A stretch of DNA of 64,000 bases from Camelus dromedarius. Taxonomy: Eukaryota. The notes below the pieces were generated by a model. The model had not been told where the DNA came from. It worked only from the letters and a program-made list of their open reading frames with translations, and searched no databases. The stretch's first letter is position 1. The number at the start of each line of letters is the position of its first letter. A program made the position numbers and the translations under genes. Below, one piece after another: positions 63,095-64,000 of this stretch. The DNA lies in the NCBI RefSeq assembly GCF_036321535.1, contig NC_087438.1, positions 5,458,001 through 5,522,000 of the forward strand, given 5' to 3'.

Positions 63095-63825
63095 GTGTGG
63101 GGGTCTCTGTTGCCTTTCACAGATCATTTCCCGGCTCCTGCTGGGAACACGATAAGGTTGCACTTTCTACCTCTTTGAAAGCGAGTGTTGTATTCTGACT
63201 TGCTTTGACCTGAGGAATGAGGGAGGAAGTAACCGATGTTACTTCCTGGTGGAAGTCTTCAGTTTGCTTGTTTGTTTTTTTTATTGAAGTACAGTTGATT
63301 TACAATATTTTGTTAGCTCCTGGTATATGGCAAAGTGTTTCAAATATATACATATATTCTTTATCATGTTCATTTCTATTATAGGTTATTACAAGGTATT
63401 GAATATAGTTCTCTGTGCTAGACAGTAAGTCTTTGTTGCTTATCTATTTTCTATATAGTAGTGTGTATCTCTAATCCTATATTCTTAATTTATCCCTCCC
63501 CCACCCTTTCCCCTTTGATAACCATAAGATTGTTTTCTATGTCTGTGAGGCTGTTTCTGTTTTGTAAATAAATTTATTTGTATTAATTTTTAGATTCCAT
63601 GTATGAATGATACCATATGATATTATCTTTGTCTGACTTACTTCACTTAATATGATAATCTCTGGATCCATCCATGTGTCCATTAGTAAATAAATAGATA
63701 AAGAAGATGTGTATATACATACAATGGAATACTACTCAGGTATGAAAAATAATGAACTACTGCCATTTGCAGAAACCTTTGCTGTTTTAAGTCACAGGCA
63801 TGAGGGACTGGTTTGTTAGTCTGTA
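63095..63825 (+). mobile_element. MaLR LTR (MLT1I/J-like) split by an L1
   Basis: 5' half ...ttgcacttt...tgacttgctttg...gaagtaac..tgttacttcctggtggaag to ~63262; 3' part aaacctttgctgttttaagtcac from 63773. Confidence 0.65.
63263..63772 (-). mobile_element. 5'-inverted L1 3' end
   Basis: Antisense 3' UTR at 63263-63677, joined to a sense-oriented L1 segment 63677-63772 (tgtccat...gataaagaagatgtg...gccatttgcag). Confidence 0.88.
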
Positions 63826-64000
63826 AATCCCAGACCCACCCAGATCAACAGACCATCAATGTCACCTCCCTCACTGCAGGGGAGGGCCTGTGGCCCGAGC
63901 TGACTCATCAGAGAACTTTCTCCTCCAGGGCTCACGGAGACCTGAGACCCTAAAGGCACCAGTCTGAGAGGGATGGAGAGCGATATTGGAGAGAGAATAT

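Overview
Mammalian genomic DNA, most likely camelid, judged from six copies of a tRNA-Ala(AGC)-derived vic-1-like SINE. Bases ~1-14,100 hold the 3' half of the methionine synthase reductase gene MTRR on the + strand. Eight coding exons (764-852, 3230-3410, 5338-5380, 5924-6110, 8748-8866, 9935-10027, 10119-10301, 12530-12671) have GT-AG boundaries and splice into one continuous frame covering the FAD/NADPH-binding FNR-like module. A ~1.4 kb 3' UTR follows and contains a MaLR LTR. The remaining ~50 kb has no recognisable gene and consists of L1, L2, MIR, LTR, SINE and hAT fossils plus several CpG-rich patches. The most notable points are four. (1) MTRR ends ...QDIW-TGA-TAA, so it lacks the usual terminal Ser. 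(2) The conserved GPGTG motif reads GPGAG. (3) Sharp GC/CpG peaks, consistent with GC-biased gene conversion, appear to drive amino-acid change in MTRR exons and also hit neutral repeats. (4) There is a CTCF-like motif cluster and a 5'-inverted L1 that appears to have deleted its target. I found no evidence of a wholly new multi-gene system. Exon numbers, repeat subfamily names and comparisons with human MTRR come from recalled knowledge and need alignment to confirm.
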